A stretch of DNA of 64,000 bases from Dimorphilus gyrociliatus (taxonomy: Eukaryota; Animalia; Annelida): NCBI GenBank assembly GCA_904063045.1, contig CAJFCJ010000019.1, forward strand, positions 2,543,179 to 2,607,178, given 5' to 3'. Shown here in pieces: positions 13,625 to 26,293 of this stretch; position 1 is the first letter of the stretch, and each line of letters begins with the position of its first letter. The notes below the pieces were generated by a model. That model ran no database searches. It was not told where the DNA came from and saw only the letters and a program-made list of their open reading frames with translations. A program made the translations under genes and the position numbers.

Positions 13625-14431
13625 TTATATTTCTCCTTTTCTATAGAATAGCTTTGTTCCTTTTAAACCGAATCCATCAACTTTAATACAATAGGATATG
13701 AGTGAACTAAAAAAGAGGAGGCCAAGTATCTGTTATTGTATACAGAATTAAGAGTGTAGAAATTTTTAAAAATAAAAAATTTGAAATAGGAATTGCGTAC
13801 AAGGATGAAAACAAACACGGCTCTGACCCAGTTTGTCCAATTATATGGAAACTTCCCCGCTGAACTATTCTCTACTTTAAAGTTTCTGCTCATCTTCAGA
13901 AAAGGATTTCTTTTAGCATTTTCTATTTCTTTTTTTAAAATGGCAAATTTTTTATCTTCATCGTTGATTGTTCTCTGTCTTAATTCGTAAGCCTTTTTTA
14001 CCTTAAATAAATATGGCTTATTATGACATCTTGTACAATAAACTCCTATTTACATTATATAGTAATTTTTCATATATATGACTTTCTAAACGATTTGCTA
14101 GCTGAACTCTATCAATTTTAATTAAAGCCCATTTCAAATCAGCAAAGACTAAATGCAATTTATCTTTACTATTCCATCTTGCCAATTGCTCGTCGCAAGG
14201 AAATCGCGGTGGTTCTAATACTAGAGCCCTCTTTAGGTTCTTTATTCTTTTACTTAATCTAATTTTTAGAAGTAATATTATTTTGTTACACTCTTCATTT
14301 GATAACACATCAGTAGTCGTAAATATATCCGAATTCGTTAGTTTTAATTCATTCTCTGCTAATTTCCTACCACAAAAGTTATCAATATACGAAAGAATTA
14401 GTGTAAATTTCCCCCAAACTAACACTTTCAT
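13625..14431 (-). CDS. Transmembrane and death-domain protein (TMDD1-like), about 227 aa, 3 exons
   Basis: Exons 14431-14054, 14001-13801, 13729-13625, all phase 0. Death-fold-like pattern LSNEECNKIILLL..PCDEQLARW..DLKWALIKIDRVQLANRL, then a TM helix WVRAVFVFILILGLLFFSSLISYCI and a short tail. The TMDD1 resemblance is from memory. Confidence 0.65.
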
Positions 14432-14523
14432 AATAAATTACAATTTATACTGATCGGTTCGGAATTCAAATTAGGCGCCTTACGTTTTTCCGGAATACAG
14501 GACCGCAGAAAAATATGGTGCTG

Positions 14524-14560
14524 CTTCCTTTTCCGGTAGCCGTGGTCGATCGCGATAAAG
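14524..14560 (+). promoter_or_regulatory. 5' TOP-like non-coding first exon of RPL38
   Basis: Pyrimidine run CTTCCTTTTCC followed by donor AAG|GTAGGC at 14561. Confidence 0.65.
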
Positions 14561-14773
14561 GTAGGCTAAATATCTTTAAATATCTTGTAATTTACAGCTA
14601 AATATGCAAAAATTTTTGTGAAAACTTTACGTATATGTTAATAAGTATGGTAATCACAAACTGGCTGGAGAAAAAATGACTTAGAATAGGGTGTTTGATG
14701 TTAATTGTATTGAAACATTCCTAGCACATTTTCTCATATATACTTTTTCATTTTCAGATCAAATAGCACCAAA

Positions 14774-15103
<330 letters not shown>

Positions 15104-15419
15104 CTGAACTTTGTTAATGTGTACATTGTGTCGAAATTTTAAGACAATAGACCCAATGATACCAGACATTTGAATCAGTCGTTCTTAATTATAATTGATT
15201 TAGTTAGGTAATTCACAGTACTCTATGTAGGTTTTATAATCATATTTTCCGCTTGATATCGTTTGGACACATTTATAAGTAAAGTGAGTATTTTATTTAT
15301 TATGGTTTTTGTATGAGATTAAAAGCTCCATTTTTTGTTCAGTCATCTCTTCTGCGCCATTGACCAAAACATTAAGGTATGTTTTTAGTTTTCATATTGT
15401 AGATAATTCTCAAATTAGA

Positions 15420-15510
15420 AAACTGATGAATCGTAAGAATTTGACACCTCTTGTATTAATACCTTTAAAGGTATGATGTACTGAATTCGCTTACGATAAC
15501 GACTGAATGT
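15420..15510 (+). ncRNA. Box C/D snoRNA, SNORD60/snR48-like, copy 1
   Basis: Box C TGATGA 15424, box D CTGA 15503-15506, guide TTGACACCTCTTG 15441-15453 antisense to conserved LSU rRNA CA(A/G)GAGGUGUCAG, stem-loop then C'-like TGATGT, internal stem ATCGTAAG/CTTACGAT. Box D lies 72 nt from the 3' splice site. Confidence 0.85.
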
Positions 15511-15699
15511 AGGCAATATAAATAATATCAGTTTGCAAACTTTTCAACCCTGTTCTAAGTTATCTCTTATTATTTCAGATAAAAAAATACTGACAGTTTG
15601 CTCTCCACAATTAAATAATTAATCAATGTAAGTATTATTTTATAAATGTATTTATTTATATTCTATGCGGGCTTTGAGAATTAAAATTAGACAGACAAT

Positions 15700-15788
15700 A
15701 AAGTGATGAACTAAAGCATTTTGACACCTCTTGTATTAACGCTTATAAAGCGTGATGTACTTAAATTGCTTATTAAAATACTGAAGTA
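15700..15788 (+). ncRNA. Box C/D snoRNA, SNORD60/snR48-like, copy 2
   Basis: Box C GTGATGA 15703, box D CTGA 15781-15784, identical TTGACACCTCTTGTATTAA segment from 15721, different stem-loop CGCTTATAAAGCG, then TGATGT. Box D lies 70 nt from the 3' splice site. Confidence 0.85.
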
Positions 15789-15934
15789 AAACAAAAATTA
15801 TATTAAAACATTACCTTTAATATTTTCATCTTGTAATTACCTTTTATCTTTCAGTTACTCTTTCCAATTAAGAATAGCAAACCAACTTGCATTTATAAGG
15901 TGTGTATAAGTTTCATTTCATTATTAGAAAGTAC

Positions 15935-16017
15935 TTGTATGATGACATTTCATAAACCTAGCTCTCTAAAGACAAGTCTGAACAACTTGTCGGTGCAGAC
16001 AATTTTTAACTGATTTT
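15935..16017 (+). ncRNA. Box C/D snoRNA candidate, target not recognised
   Basis: Box C ATGATGA 15939-15945, internal CTGA 15978-15981, terminal CTGA 16010-16013. Box D lies 72 nt from the 3' splice site, as in the two neighbours. Confidence 0.65.
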
Positions 16018-16313
16018 AATTTAATAGACTTTCTTAACGACAAATTTCTCTTCATTATACTAATTTTAGCTGTATTTTTTCACAGGTTTTGAGGCCATGA
16101 TATGAAAACTCGAAAATTGATCTTTATCAATGCTCGGCAATTCTTAAGTCAGAAAATGGATCAAAAAATCAGCAATCCGCTCAGTAGAACAGCAGCTATA
16201 GGTCGCGTAAAGGGTACTTTTGCGACCATCGATATTTCCAGTCCAGTAGAAAAGATTCATATTTAACTCGGCATTTATCAATAAAAACACATTACGACAC
16301 AATACATCGACCT

Positions 16314-17164
16314 CTAAAAGTTTCCAATATAATACGTAGATGCGCTATAGAATTTGTTAACTAGCTTTTCTAAATAAAAAGCTAGTTCATTTACACAGGT
16401 GTACCATCTCAGATTAGAAATTCCTTCACCTCTTCGTTGAAACTTTGTATTAGTATCATGTAGGAATCTTATTAAGTATGTCAGTCCAAGGACAGAGCAA
16501 ATCTTTTTCTTCTCTAGAGTACTCTTTAAGTGAGATGACTCGCTTTCATAAGCAATATCCTTCCAGAAAACCGTTTCAATTGTTAATTTCATCCGTTGGA
16601 CGAAATTCTGCCACTCTTCGCCGCTATCGGTTTCTTCGCTCAGAAAAAGTTCTAAGATAGTTTCAATCGAAAATGTTGCAGGTACTGTTGACATCTTTCC
16701 GCAATCTTTAACCAATTTTCTGTCATGCTCGTTTATTGTTCTGAGTTGTGATGCAATTACTATAGGGTAATCATATGTAACAATCTTCGGCGAATTTCGA
16801 AGGCTCAGAGTTCTGAGAAAAACTTTAGCCAAATCCTTAGAAATTGAATATTGTATCTGGAGGAAAACACGTTAGTGATATTTCATGACAGAGTAATTTA
16901 ACAATTAATAACAATATAATGGAAGCTTAAAACGGCTATTTCATGATGGTGTTTCGACAGTTCTAACTTCTTTAAAATTTTTTCCAATAACTCAAACATT
17001 CGCTCTTGATCGATTTCCGTAACATCTCCACAGCAGCCTAGATCATCTATTTTAAACTAATTAAGAAAATAAATGCTTTTTTTTGCAGCTAACCTACCGT
17101 TCACCAATATATCTTCAGTCAAAAGTTCAACAGATGGTACTTGACTATTCTCGTCCAAATTCAT
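16314..17164 (-). CDS. Divergent MRG-domain protein (MRG15/MSL3 family) without a recognisable chromodomain, 3 exons
   Basis: Exons 17164-17098, 17037-16913, 16856-16314 are phase-consistent. MRG-like pattern: QLRTINEHDRKLV, VPATFSIETILELF, CSVLGLTYLIRF, FYLEKLVNKFYSASTY. Confidence 0.7.
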
Positions 17165-18139
17165 TTCTCATCTTTATATTAAAAATTTTTTTATAGATAT
17201 TAGCTTTATATCTAACTCTTTTGCCTTTAGTTTTCTTATTATTTAACTGTAAAAATTCCAACCTTATTTTATTTACATCTAAATATCGCAAAATATCAAG
17301 TCAATTTCCGGTCAATAAAAAATTTGTGGGATTTTTTTTGTTTATAACCCGGTAGATAAGATTCTTTCATAAGAGATTGTCGACTTTTAAGGGACTCTCT
17401 AAACACGAGAGCCAATGAACACAGTTATAATTGAGACAGAAATTGTTTTAAACGAAAGTTTGTACAGTCTTAGGTTAAGATTGTAAACAGTTATTTGATT
17501 GGATAAAACGCTGAGTCGTATAAATCCTATCTGTCATTGGGATGGAGAGAATTTGGTTTTTATAGACTCCCGAAAGATTTCAATATTGAGTTGACCTATA
17601 GACTCAATCCGATATGCACATTTCACTTAAGGTCTATATATTATATCTAGCATAAATTTAAGATAGAATTGACTATATACAGATTGACATAGATCACGAA
17701 AAATTTTTGGAGAGGAAGGAAGAATGAGAGGTGAAGAGGAAAGGCGTTCCTTATCCAATTATATTAACGATTGATACAGTTCAAATTTTTTGAAACGGTT
17801 ACCTGAAAGAGGAGAACTCTTCTCTAAGAGATAATTCTAGCTTATTAGAAAAAGAGTAACATCTAACGTTATTTTGCAAAAAAAAAGTTCAAGGTACACG
17901 CATTCCAGCTCATATTCAAAAATTCAATAAGCAACAGCTGTTCCAATGCTTTAAAGCCTAGCATAAGCGGGAATGCGTCATTTGTTGTTTGCCAGCAGAA
18001 AGCGTTGGATGTGCTGGACCGACGGCATGACGCAAACGTTAAAATCTAAATGGATACAACCCTTTCGATTAGATAAACATTGTTAAAAGAGTGATAGAGA
18101 AATTTTGAATATATAATTCAATAAAAAAAAACTAGAAAA

Positions 18140-18866
18140 ATGAAGAAGATGCCAAAGGTGAAATTACCCAAAAAGACGATGATAACCTATGGGCAAGAGG
18201 CGGCAAAGAGAGATAGCATAGCCTTTGTCATCGGTCTTTTTCTGATTTACGTTGGGACCCTCCTAGTTGGACTTGGATTTAGAATAGAAGGTCTTAACAA
18301 AACAGTAAAGTAAGCTGAACTTTATTATTTTCATACACTTTTTGTAAATCTTTTATTAGCAAAGTAACAATGCGCAATATACATAAAATAGTCGATATTT
18401 AATGTGTAAGCGATAGTTTTCTAGGTCTCTTATTCAATCCCGATTTTACCTGTAAACAGTAAACAATTATAAAATCTTTATTGACTTTGAAATTCATTTT
18501 TTTTAGGGTAGCGTTTATCTCTGGTGGATTTACAGCCATTGGGGTCGGCTTGTTCATGCTTGTTTTAGTCATTATATTTATGAAACCTGTTAGTGCTACA
18601 AGGGAAGAGCAACCTATAACACCGCCTCATCGGAACCGTAACGGCCGCCAAGTAAAAATTTCACATCAATCAAAGTCGCAGGTTCGACAGAAAGATACTG
18701 CAAAAGCGAAAGTTACCTCTGTTAAAATTGATAGAAATCGTTACGCTTATGAAAACCCATTACTCATGTTCGTTGTATTAATTCTATTTTGAAAGTAATT
18801 TAACTATGTCTTTATCTTTACAGAGATAGGCCTCATTCTCCTTACTATCACGACCGACTAGTATAG
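18140..18866 (+). CDS. Orphan two-transmembrane protein, about 157 aa, 3 exons
   Basis: Exons 18140-18309, 18507-18767, 18824-18866 (phase 2/2). Hydrophobic helices IAFVIGLFLIYVGTLLVGLGF and VAFISGGFTAIGVGLFMLVLVIIFM, basic cytosolic tail. No family recognised. Confidence 0.7.
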
Positions 18867-18946
18867 ACCTAGAACGTCACAATTAAACCCCATCTCGTTT
18901 ATTGCATGATTATACTCAAGAAAGTTATCTCTCTGCCTCTGTCTCT

Positions 18947-18951
<5 letters not shown>

Positions 18952-18992
<41 letters not shown>
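18952..18992. repeat. (CT)n microsatellite
   Basis: Perfect CT run between the 3' ends of two convergent genes. Confidence 0.95.
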
Positions 18993-18999
<7 letters not shown>

Positions 19000-19194
19000 T
19001 ATCCCTCTATCTGTCTCATTGAGCTGCCTGCCTCTTAACTAACTACGATAGCTGGTCTATTATATAAAGAAAATTGTAATGAAAATTGCGTATTTCATAA
19101 CTATTTTTACTTTAACGAAACACAAAGTTTTATTAAAGACATGCATATCAGTTAAGATTACTTGAAAATTGTTTCTTGAACATAAAGGGAACGC

Positions 19195-20708
19195 CTAGAA
19201 TGATAAGACGCCGCTAAGATGTCGTATCTCTTCGTAAGTTAGCCAAAAAGTTAACGACCAAGGAGCCTGCAAAGAGAAATATGAGATATTGACAAAATAA
19301 AAGAAAGATTGTTTATTATAATTCTCAATGCTTACCATTCTTGCCCAAGTTGGAATGAATCCTTTGTAAAAGGCCTTAAATCCTTCGTTGCGAGCGGTTG
19401 ATATAAAGCAATGGATGGAGGAAGAATATAACTTGCTTGTAGATTGGTTCATCATTCGTGTTTTTACAACATCAGCAGGAGTACCAAGAGTAGCTGCTAT
19501 AAATCCTGAACAAACACTGTAGTAAGAGACAATAAATAATCTTTGTAAAATTAAAGTTTTCCAGACACAATACAGTTTTCTACTGCAAAAATTTAAATAT
19601 TTGATTTTTATTAACGCACCTACTCAAGGCGTGAGTTAGATGATTATCTCCTAAAGACGTATGCTTTAGTATATGATGCTTGGCGGTATCGTATGTTGTT
19701 AGATCTAGTGATAAGCTTTATAGTAAGATCTATATTGATACTATATAGGAAATTTAAAATAAAGAGAGAAATGCTTGCTATATCTATGATTAGAAATAAG
19801 AAGGACAAAGGAATACCTCCTAAATTGACTAATGCAGCTCTCTGAACGTTAGGTAGCCATCCTTTCCATAAACCTTTAATTCCACTTTCTGTCAAGATAT
19901 TTCTGAAAGCATCCGGTACGTTCTTCACTCTATCCACATGATATCAATGCGGTCACATATTTTATCTACTTTTTTTTTATTATCTTGATAAAAGTTAAAA
20001 GGTTCTCTTTGAGCTGTTACCTTTGCGGTAAACCATCTAATTTTCGTTTACCTTCCATTTGCATCTGAACTTTAACCAAATCTGTTGGACTGGCGATAAA
20101 TTGGGCTAAAGCTCCAGATGACATTCCACAAAGTACAGCCTTCCTGTAAACAAGAAAAGGAAAGTGAATAAATAGTCCTTTCGCTTTTTCTATTTTGTTT
20201 ACAAACCATAGCGGAAAGGTTCCATCATGATTCTTTCCGAATATTTTATCTCTAGCATATTCGTAGAATCCCATGCGACAACCAGTGTACACTATTGTTT
20301 TAAATTAAAAATCAGCTTAACATTTCATGTAAAGAGGCAGAGAATTAACCTATATGTCTGTAGATTGCTGGAGTAACTCCCTGCCATAGTTTAAAGGGCC
20401 CTTCTTCACTAACTGTTAAAGATAGGCTACAGCCGATGTTCTCTTATCTTACATCATAGTAATCGATAAATATATAACCTATGCCGCAAAGCGTTTTTGT
20501 TACGCCCCTGTATGGAACAGCTGATGCTACCTCGCCCTGAATTTGTAGTCTTGTTTTCGTTATATCTAGTGGATATGTTACTGAAAACAACAGAAAAATG
20601 TTTAAAACTGAAAGAAGCGCGAATTTTTAGTTCAATTAACAAACCTGTTTCTGCCACTGTTGCAGCACTTATTGAAAGAATATATTTAAAAATAAAGCTT
20701 TCAGGCAT
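19195..20708 (-). CDS. UCP4: Mitochondrial uncoupling protein 4 (SLC25A27 family), multi-exon
   Basis: [21 protein letters not shown]|[89 protein letters not shown]. Three carrier repeats. Start codon is the least certain part. Confidence 0.92.
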
Positions 20709-21322
20709 AATGGCAGCATTCAATCTATAGACAAAAGATAATCAACCAAAAACAAACGAAAGCATCAATATCGATAGAATTGCAAAACAGATGTCACTGT
20801 TGACGATCAACACTTATTTTCGTACAAAAGATAAACATCTGATAAGAAATTTCTTCTACAAATATTATTTGTCAATTTTTGCTTCAAAAATCTCACTTAC
20901 TCTGATGGGAGTGATCTGAGTACGAAAATGATAATCAGGTAAATCGTGATATCTCGCCATTTTCCTTCCCGATAATTCTTAGTCAGCTCCTGTGATTAAT
21001 TACAGTGCGATTTAAACTATCCTACCAGTTTATCTTCATTGAAAATTTCACTGAGTCGCAGCTCACACACCATTTTTTACATTGAGGTGATTTGAACTTT
21101 GATTATAGAGTTGCCAGGGCAAGAAATTTGATTTTCCACAAAAATTTCCGGTATGGCGCAAAATCAATTGATGTAATTTAAATCGCTGAACATGTCTTAT
21201 TCAAGCGCTATATGAATCGGCACCTCTAAAATCTTATCGTTCGTACCTATTTTGTTATATATAACATTGATCTCTCGACAGATTGGAGAAAATCAATGCT
21301 TAATAAGGCCTAAAGTCGATAA

Positions 21323-22190
<868 letters not shown>

Positions 22191-22782
22191 AGGCTTGAAA
22201 ATAGAACCTGTGTACTTAAACATAGTTCGGACGATTTACAAAATAATGCAGTATATTCTGTCAATGGAAATAAGAAATGCTAATAATTGTCGGGTATCGC
22301 TGAAGCCTCATTAACTGCAGTTACATTTTTTCCGCATAAATAAGTTGAAAGCTTCAGTAATACCATTTTTTTCGGTTAGTTCTGCTATTCATTTACCTTC
22401 ACCAAACCTGAGTAGTTATATCATTTATATCCATATTTTAAAATATGATTTCGTTATGTAATTTAAGTTCCTTTATTTTGTCTGACTATTTTTAACATTT
22501 ATCACCTATACATTAGTATGAGTGTGACAAGACTTATATATTGCGTGTATCAAAAGGAAAGGAGTAGAGCACCTGGCTAAAAACTAACATTCGATGAAAA
22601 ATTTCATTTTCTTTTTTTTTTACTACTCTGCATCTAATATTGCCATTTTGCTTACGATTGTGTTTGTGATGATAATTTGTATTTATGACGAAAATAAAGG
22701 CGATCTTTTTGTAGTTTCACGTCAGAAAGTATGTGATAATGCTTTACATGCTATATTCACAAAAATTCTATTAAAAACAAAA

Positions 22783-24989
22783 CTAAAAGGTAGTTTCAAC
22801 AATCCCAAGGAAATATCTGGTGGGAAGGACTTCTATTGCTACGTTTGGATTATCCAAGTTAAAATGCATTGGAAACTTCAATTCTGATAGTTCTGAATTG
22901 CTTAAACTATCAAGCTTTGTTGATAGCTGGTTAATGAATTCTTTATCGCAATATATCTGGCGGTAAAAATGATATATTGTAGCTATATATAATTATTATA
23001 TGTAAGTTTCTTATTCTTACTTGTAAAGTTTTACCACTTGAGCATAATCTACGGGATTTGGAAACTATACACGTTTGAGATTTAGACTTTAAATTTTCCG
23101 GTATAAAAACGATTACTTGACCTTGGAGACTTTGGAACGCTAAATATTTTTGAAATGGTAGTCTTCCCCTACAGAAAGAAAAGTATATACATTTTTTTTT
23201 ATCAAAGTTGACAAGATTCCCACCTAGCAACGATATTAGGCAATAATTGAGCAGCTGAAGGATCAAATTCTATTTTGACTTCCTCTAATAAATTTTCTAT
23301 TTCGTCGTCTTCGTCATCAGTGGCGCAGTTAAATGCTTCTAAGTGGGAGCTCCCAATTCTAAATTATTAAATATTTCAATAAAAAAAATAGTAATATGTA
23401 CTGTACATGATGTGAATGATATGACATGCCTCTTTTTTTATTCAAATCGCACAATAATAGATAATTATGAATCAATTTTTTGTAATAAAAAATTGAATAG
23501 ATTTTATTACTCACGTATCAATCCATCGGCAATTCGCGGATACATGAGCAAATTTTGAACCTTCATTATCAATTAACGATTGTAGAACCTACAAATACGA
23601 AGATATTAGTAGAGTCATTTATCTCGTCATATACAAATATATGTCACATATAAAATTAGAATTCTAATTTTCATTGTCATAATGAAAAATAAATGCTGAC
23701 TACACACCTGACCATATTTGGGGTTAGTTTCAAAAATTGAAACATTTCTTAATACATCCGTAATCAAATGTGCGCCACTTAAACTGTTATAATAATAGCG
23801 TTATCATGCATAAAAAAAAGCTTAGCAAAAATAAATAAATAACCACAACAATCAGTAAAATAAATCATAGCATTGGATTTTTAAAAAGACAACCGTGAAC
23901 GAATACCTTTGATCTTGCGTTAACATAGTTAATAAGCTTTTCCCCTTGTAGCTGTTAGAATAGAAAAAAGTGCTTATGTTCTTTTTATCATTTATTAATA
24001 TAAGAGATAAAAGTTCACTTTTGGGCTGCTCTTAATTCATCATCAGTAATTCCTACTAATTGCCGAAACTGCATTGGTCCCGAAGGTAGATTCAATGTTT
24101 TTAAAATAGGGTCTTCGGCTACTATGAAGTTTCTAATTCGACTATTAGGATTTATTGGATCAATACTTCTTTTCCACGGAATATGATCACCAACCCGGAT
24201 TAAATTTCCTTAAAAGAGCATAAGTTAAGAAAATTATTTTAAATTAATAAAAATGAATTATGACTAAATTATTTACCACTTTCTAACATATATTCGGATA
24301 AACTGTAAAGAATATTTAATGGCCAAACAGGTGGTTGACTTTCCTCAGCATATTTCAAACGAAAAGTTAGCTCTAAACTTGTTTTCTCAGTTTGTGATTT
24401 TCTATAAAAGTCATAAGGAAATTATTTGCTATAGAGTATAAAAGTTTCTAACAATAATTACTCTGTGGAATGTATATCGCTTAATCCTAAGCCAACATAG
24501 TGCCAGTGCTTTGATATTTTCTTAACCGTTTCTTCGCGGCATAAGAATATTAAAATTCCATCAATAGGGTCAGAACCCCCTAGACTTAAGGTATAAAGAA
24601 AGAATTTAATGTTTTCATTTGATTTATTCGTTATTAACTTATTTTTAAATATCAAAATAACTATTCTTACGTTGTAGGCGATTTAGATATAATTTCGTAT
24701 TTGTTCACTTCTGTACTATATATTGTATTAAGATAGTTAGTAATTGCTTTGAAACCAACTGCTGAACGAAAATTCTGGGAGACTTTTTCTTTATCCATTT
24801 CTCTAGTCTTTTTCAAATAAACAACTAGTTCGCGTTTCTACTATAAAAAATATTAAACATATTATGAACACAAAAGAGCAGCATCTATTTTCGAATTTTT
24901 ACTATTTCTTCAATCCAGAATAATTTTGTCGAGTTTATTTCTTCAATACCAAAATATGGCGTCTGCTTTGTCCGACTTGATGAATGCAT
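22783..24989 (-). CDS. SUFU: Suppressor of fused homolog (divergent), about 10 exons; start at 24989 or 24798
   Basis: Phase-consistent exons give LGGSDPID, HWHYVGLGLSD, LELTFRLK..PPVWP, GDHIPW, AEDP, QLVGITDDELRAAQ, LITD, GSKFAHVSANCRW, RGRL. Several intron positions match the SUFU pattern as I recall it. Confidence 0.88.
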
Positions 24990-26293
24990 CCGTATTGAGG
25001 GTTAAAAATACGAAGATTCGGCATTTTCAAGAAACAAAAATGGCGGCACTAAATGTATACTACTGTTGGGGTTTTTAGCATACAAAATTTATTTATATTA
25101 ATATTTCTTTCATATATCCAACTAAAGAAACAACTTTCTATAATATATTTTAATCATTCAAGTAGTGAAATAAATATTTTCGATGAAAAATTCTTGTCTT
25201 ATTGTTTGGAATCTACTTGTTTATAATAATATATTCGTAATTACCCATTAATTTCTGGTTTATTTTATCAGAATTCTGTGATATAAATTGTGATTAATGG
25301 TTAGAATTAACTACCTAAGGAATTATTTCATGTACTGAATGTGAAGCCCCTGTTCTGTACAAGTCCCAATAGTTTTATTTATTTTACAATATGTCGTTCT
25401 AGTGACGCTGAGTTATACACAGCTGCAAATGTTTCTCTCTCTTGTACTGGCAATTTCTTTGTTAATAAAATGCGGAACTAGGCAGACTGACATTTTTAAG
25501 TAGGCGTACATCGTAGGATGCGGTTATACCAGTGTGATTAATATCGATTGGATGACCAAAAAAAAAAAAAAATATATTCCCATACAGGAAGCATTCAAGT
25601 ATTACGTAAATGGAATAGAATTAGGAAAGGACTTCCAACGTAAATTATAGTGCACATCCATCAGATTCAATCGATAGGGATTTTACATTATAGAAATATG
25701 CGATCGCGTATTTTAAAAAAAAAAGAAAAAAAAGCGACAGCAGATATTTTAAGCGTTTAAAAAAAGTAAAGATCAATATTGCGTTGTGTACTGACGTTAT
25801 ATACAGAATACACTAGGCACATTACGTTGAAGTTTGTATTTTTTTAAATGAACAGTATTTTACTCCTAGCATCATTGTTCTGTGTCACTAAATATTTAAT
25901 AGGCGCAATCTTAGGGTGTGCCTGTGCTAGCGAAACGACGAATTAGCTACAAGTGCAACCGGGCCTGTACACTTTCTATATTGGTAAATCTTACAATATC
26001 TTCCATATAGGCTCAATTCAGAGCGCTTTCTGTTATCATCGATCAAGCCTATGCAATTAGATCTAGTACAAGGAATTGTATCTTACAGAATACAATGCAA
26101 TTATATAAGCTGAATTCTAGATATTTATAATCTCCATATTTGAGGAAATACCAAACGTATGCATCGTGTCAGACATGATATTCTAGGAAGATTATGTTTG
26201 ATATTCAGGTTAAACATTAAAGTAGAAATTTCGTACTGATTAAAGTTAACAGAATCCCTTGGCAAAAATCAATAACTCAACAGTTGATACTAG

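Larger units (their letters stand above)
15104..16300 (+). ncRNA. Spliced non-coding snoRNA host transcript contiguous with the RPL38 3' end
   Basis: GT-AG introns 15208-15342, 15377-15578, 15628-15854, 15900-16085 separate short ORF-less exons (34, 49 and 45 nt). AATAAA at 16280-16285. Three introns hold C/D motifs. Confidence 0.75.

Noticed and set aside
14688-14731. Hairpin followed by ACA in RPL38 intron 1
   Set aside because: No pseudouridylation pocket, no H box or second hairpin, and only about 29 nt from the acceptor.
24395-24465. Suspected frameshift or pseudogenisation of SUFU
   Set aside because: Recounting shows donor 24461 and acceptor 24402 are phase-compatible, so the frame is intact.
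26189-26211. miR-190-like string AGATTATGTTTGATATTCAGG
   Set aside because: An insertion disrupts the seed and there is no complementary arm; a similar 10-nt miR-981-like match at 26441 also lacks a hairpin.
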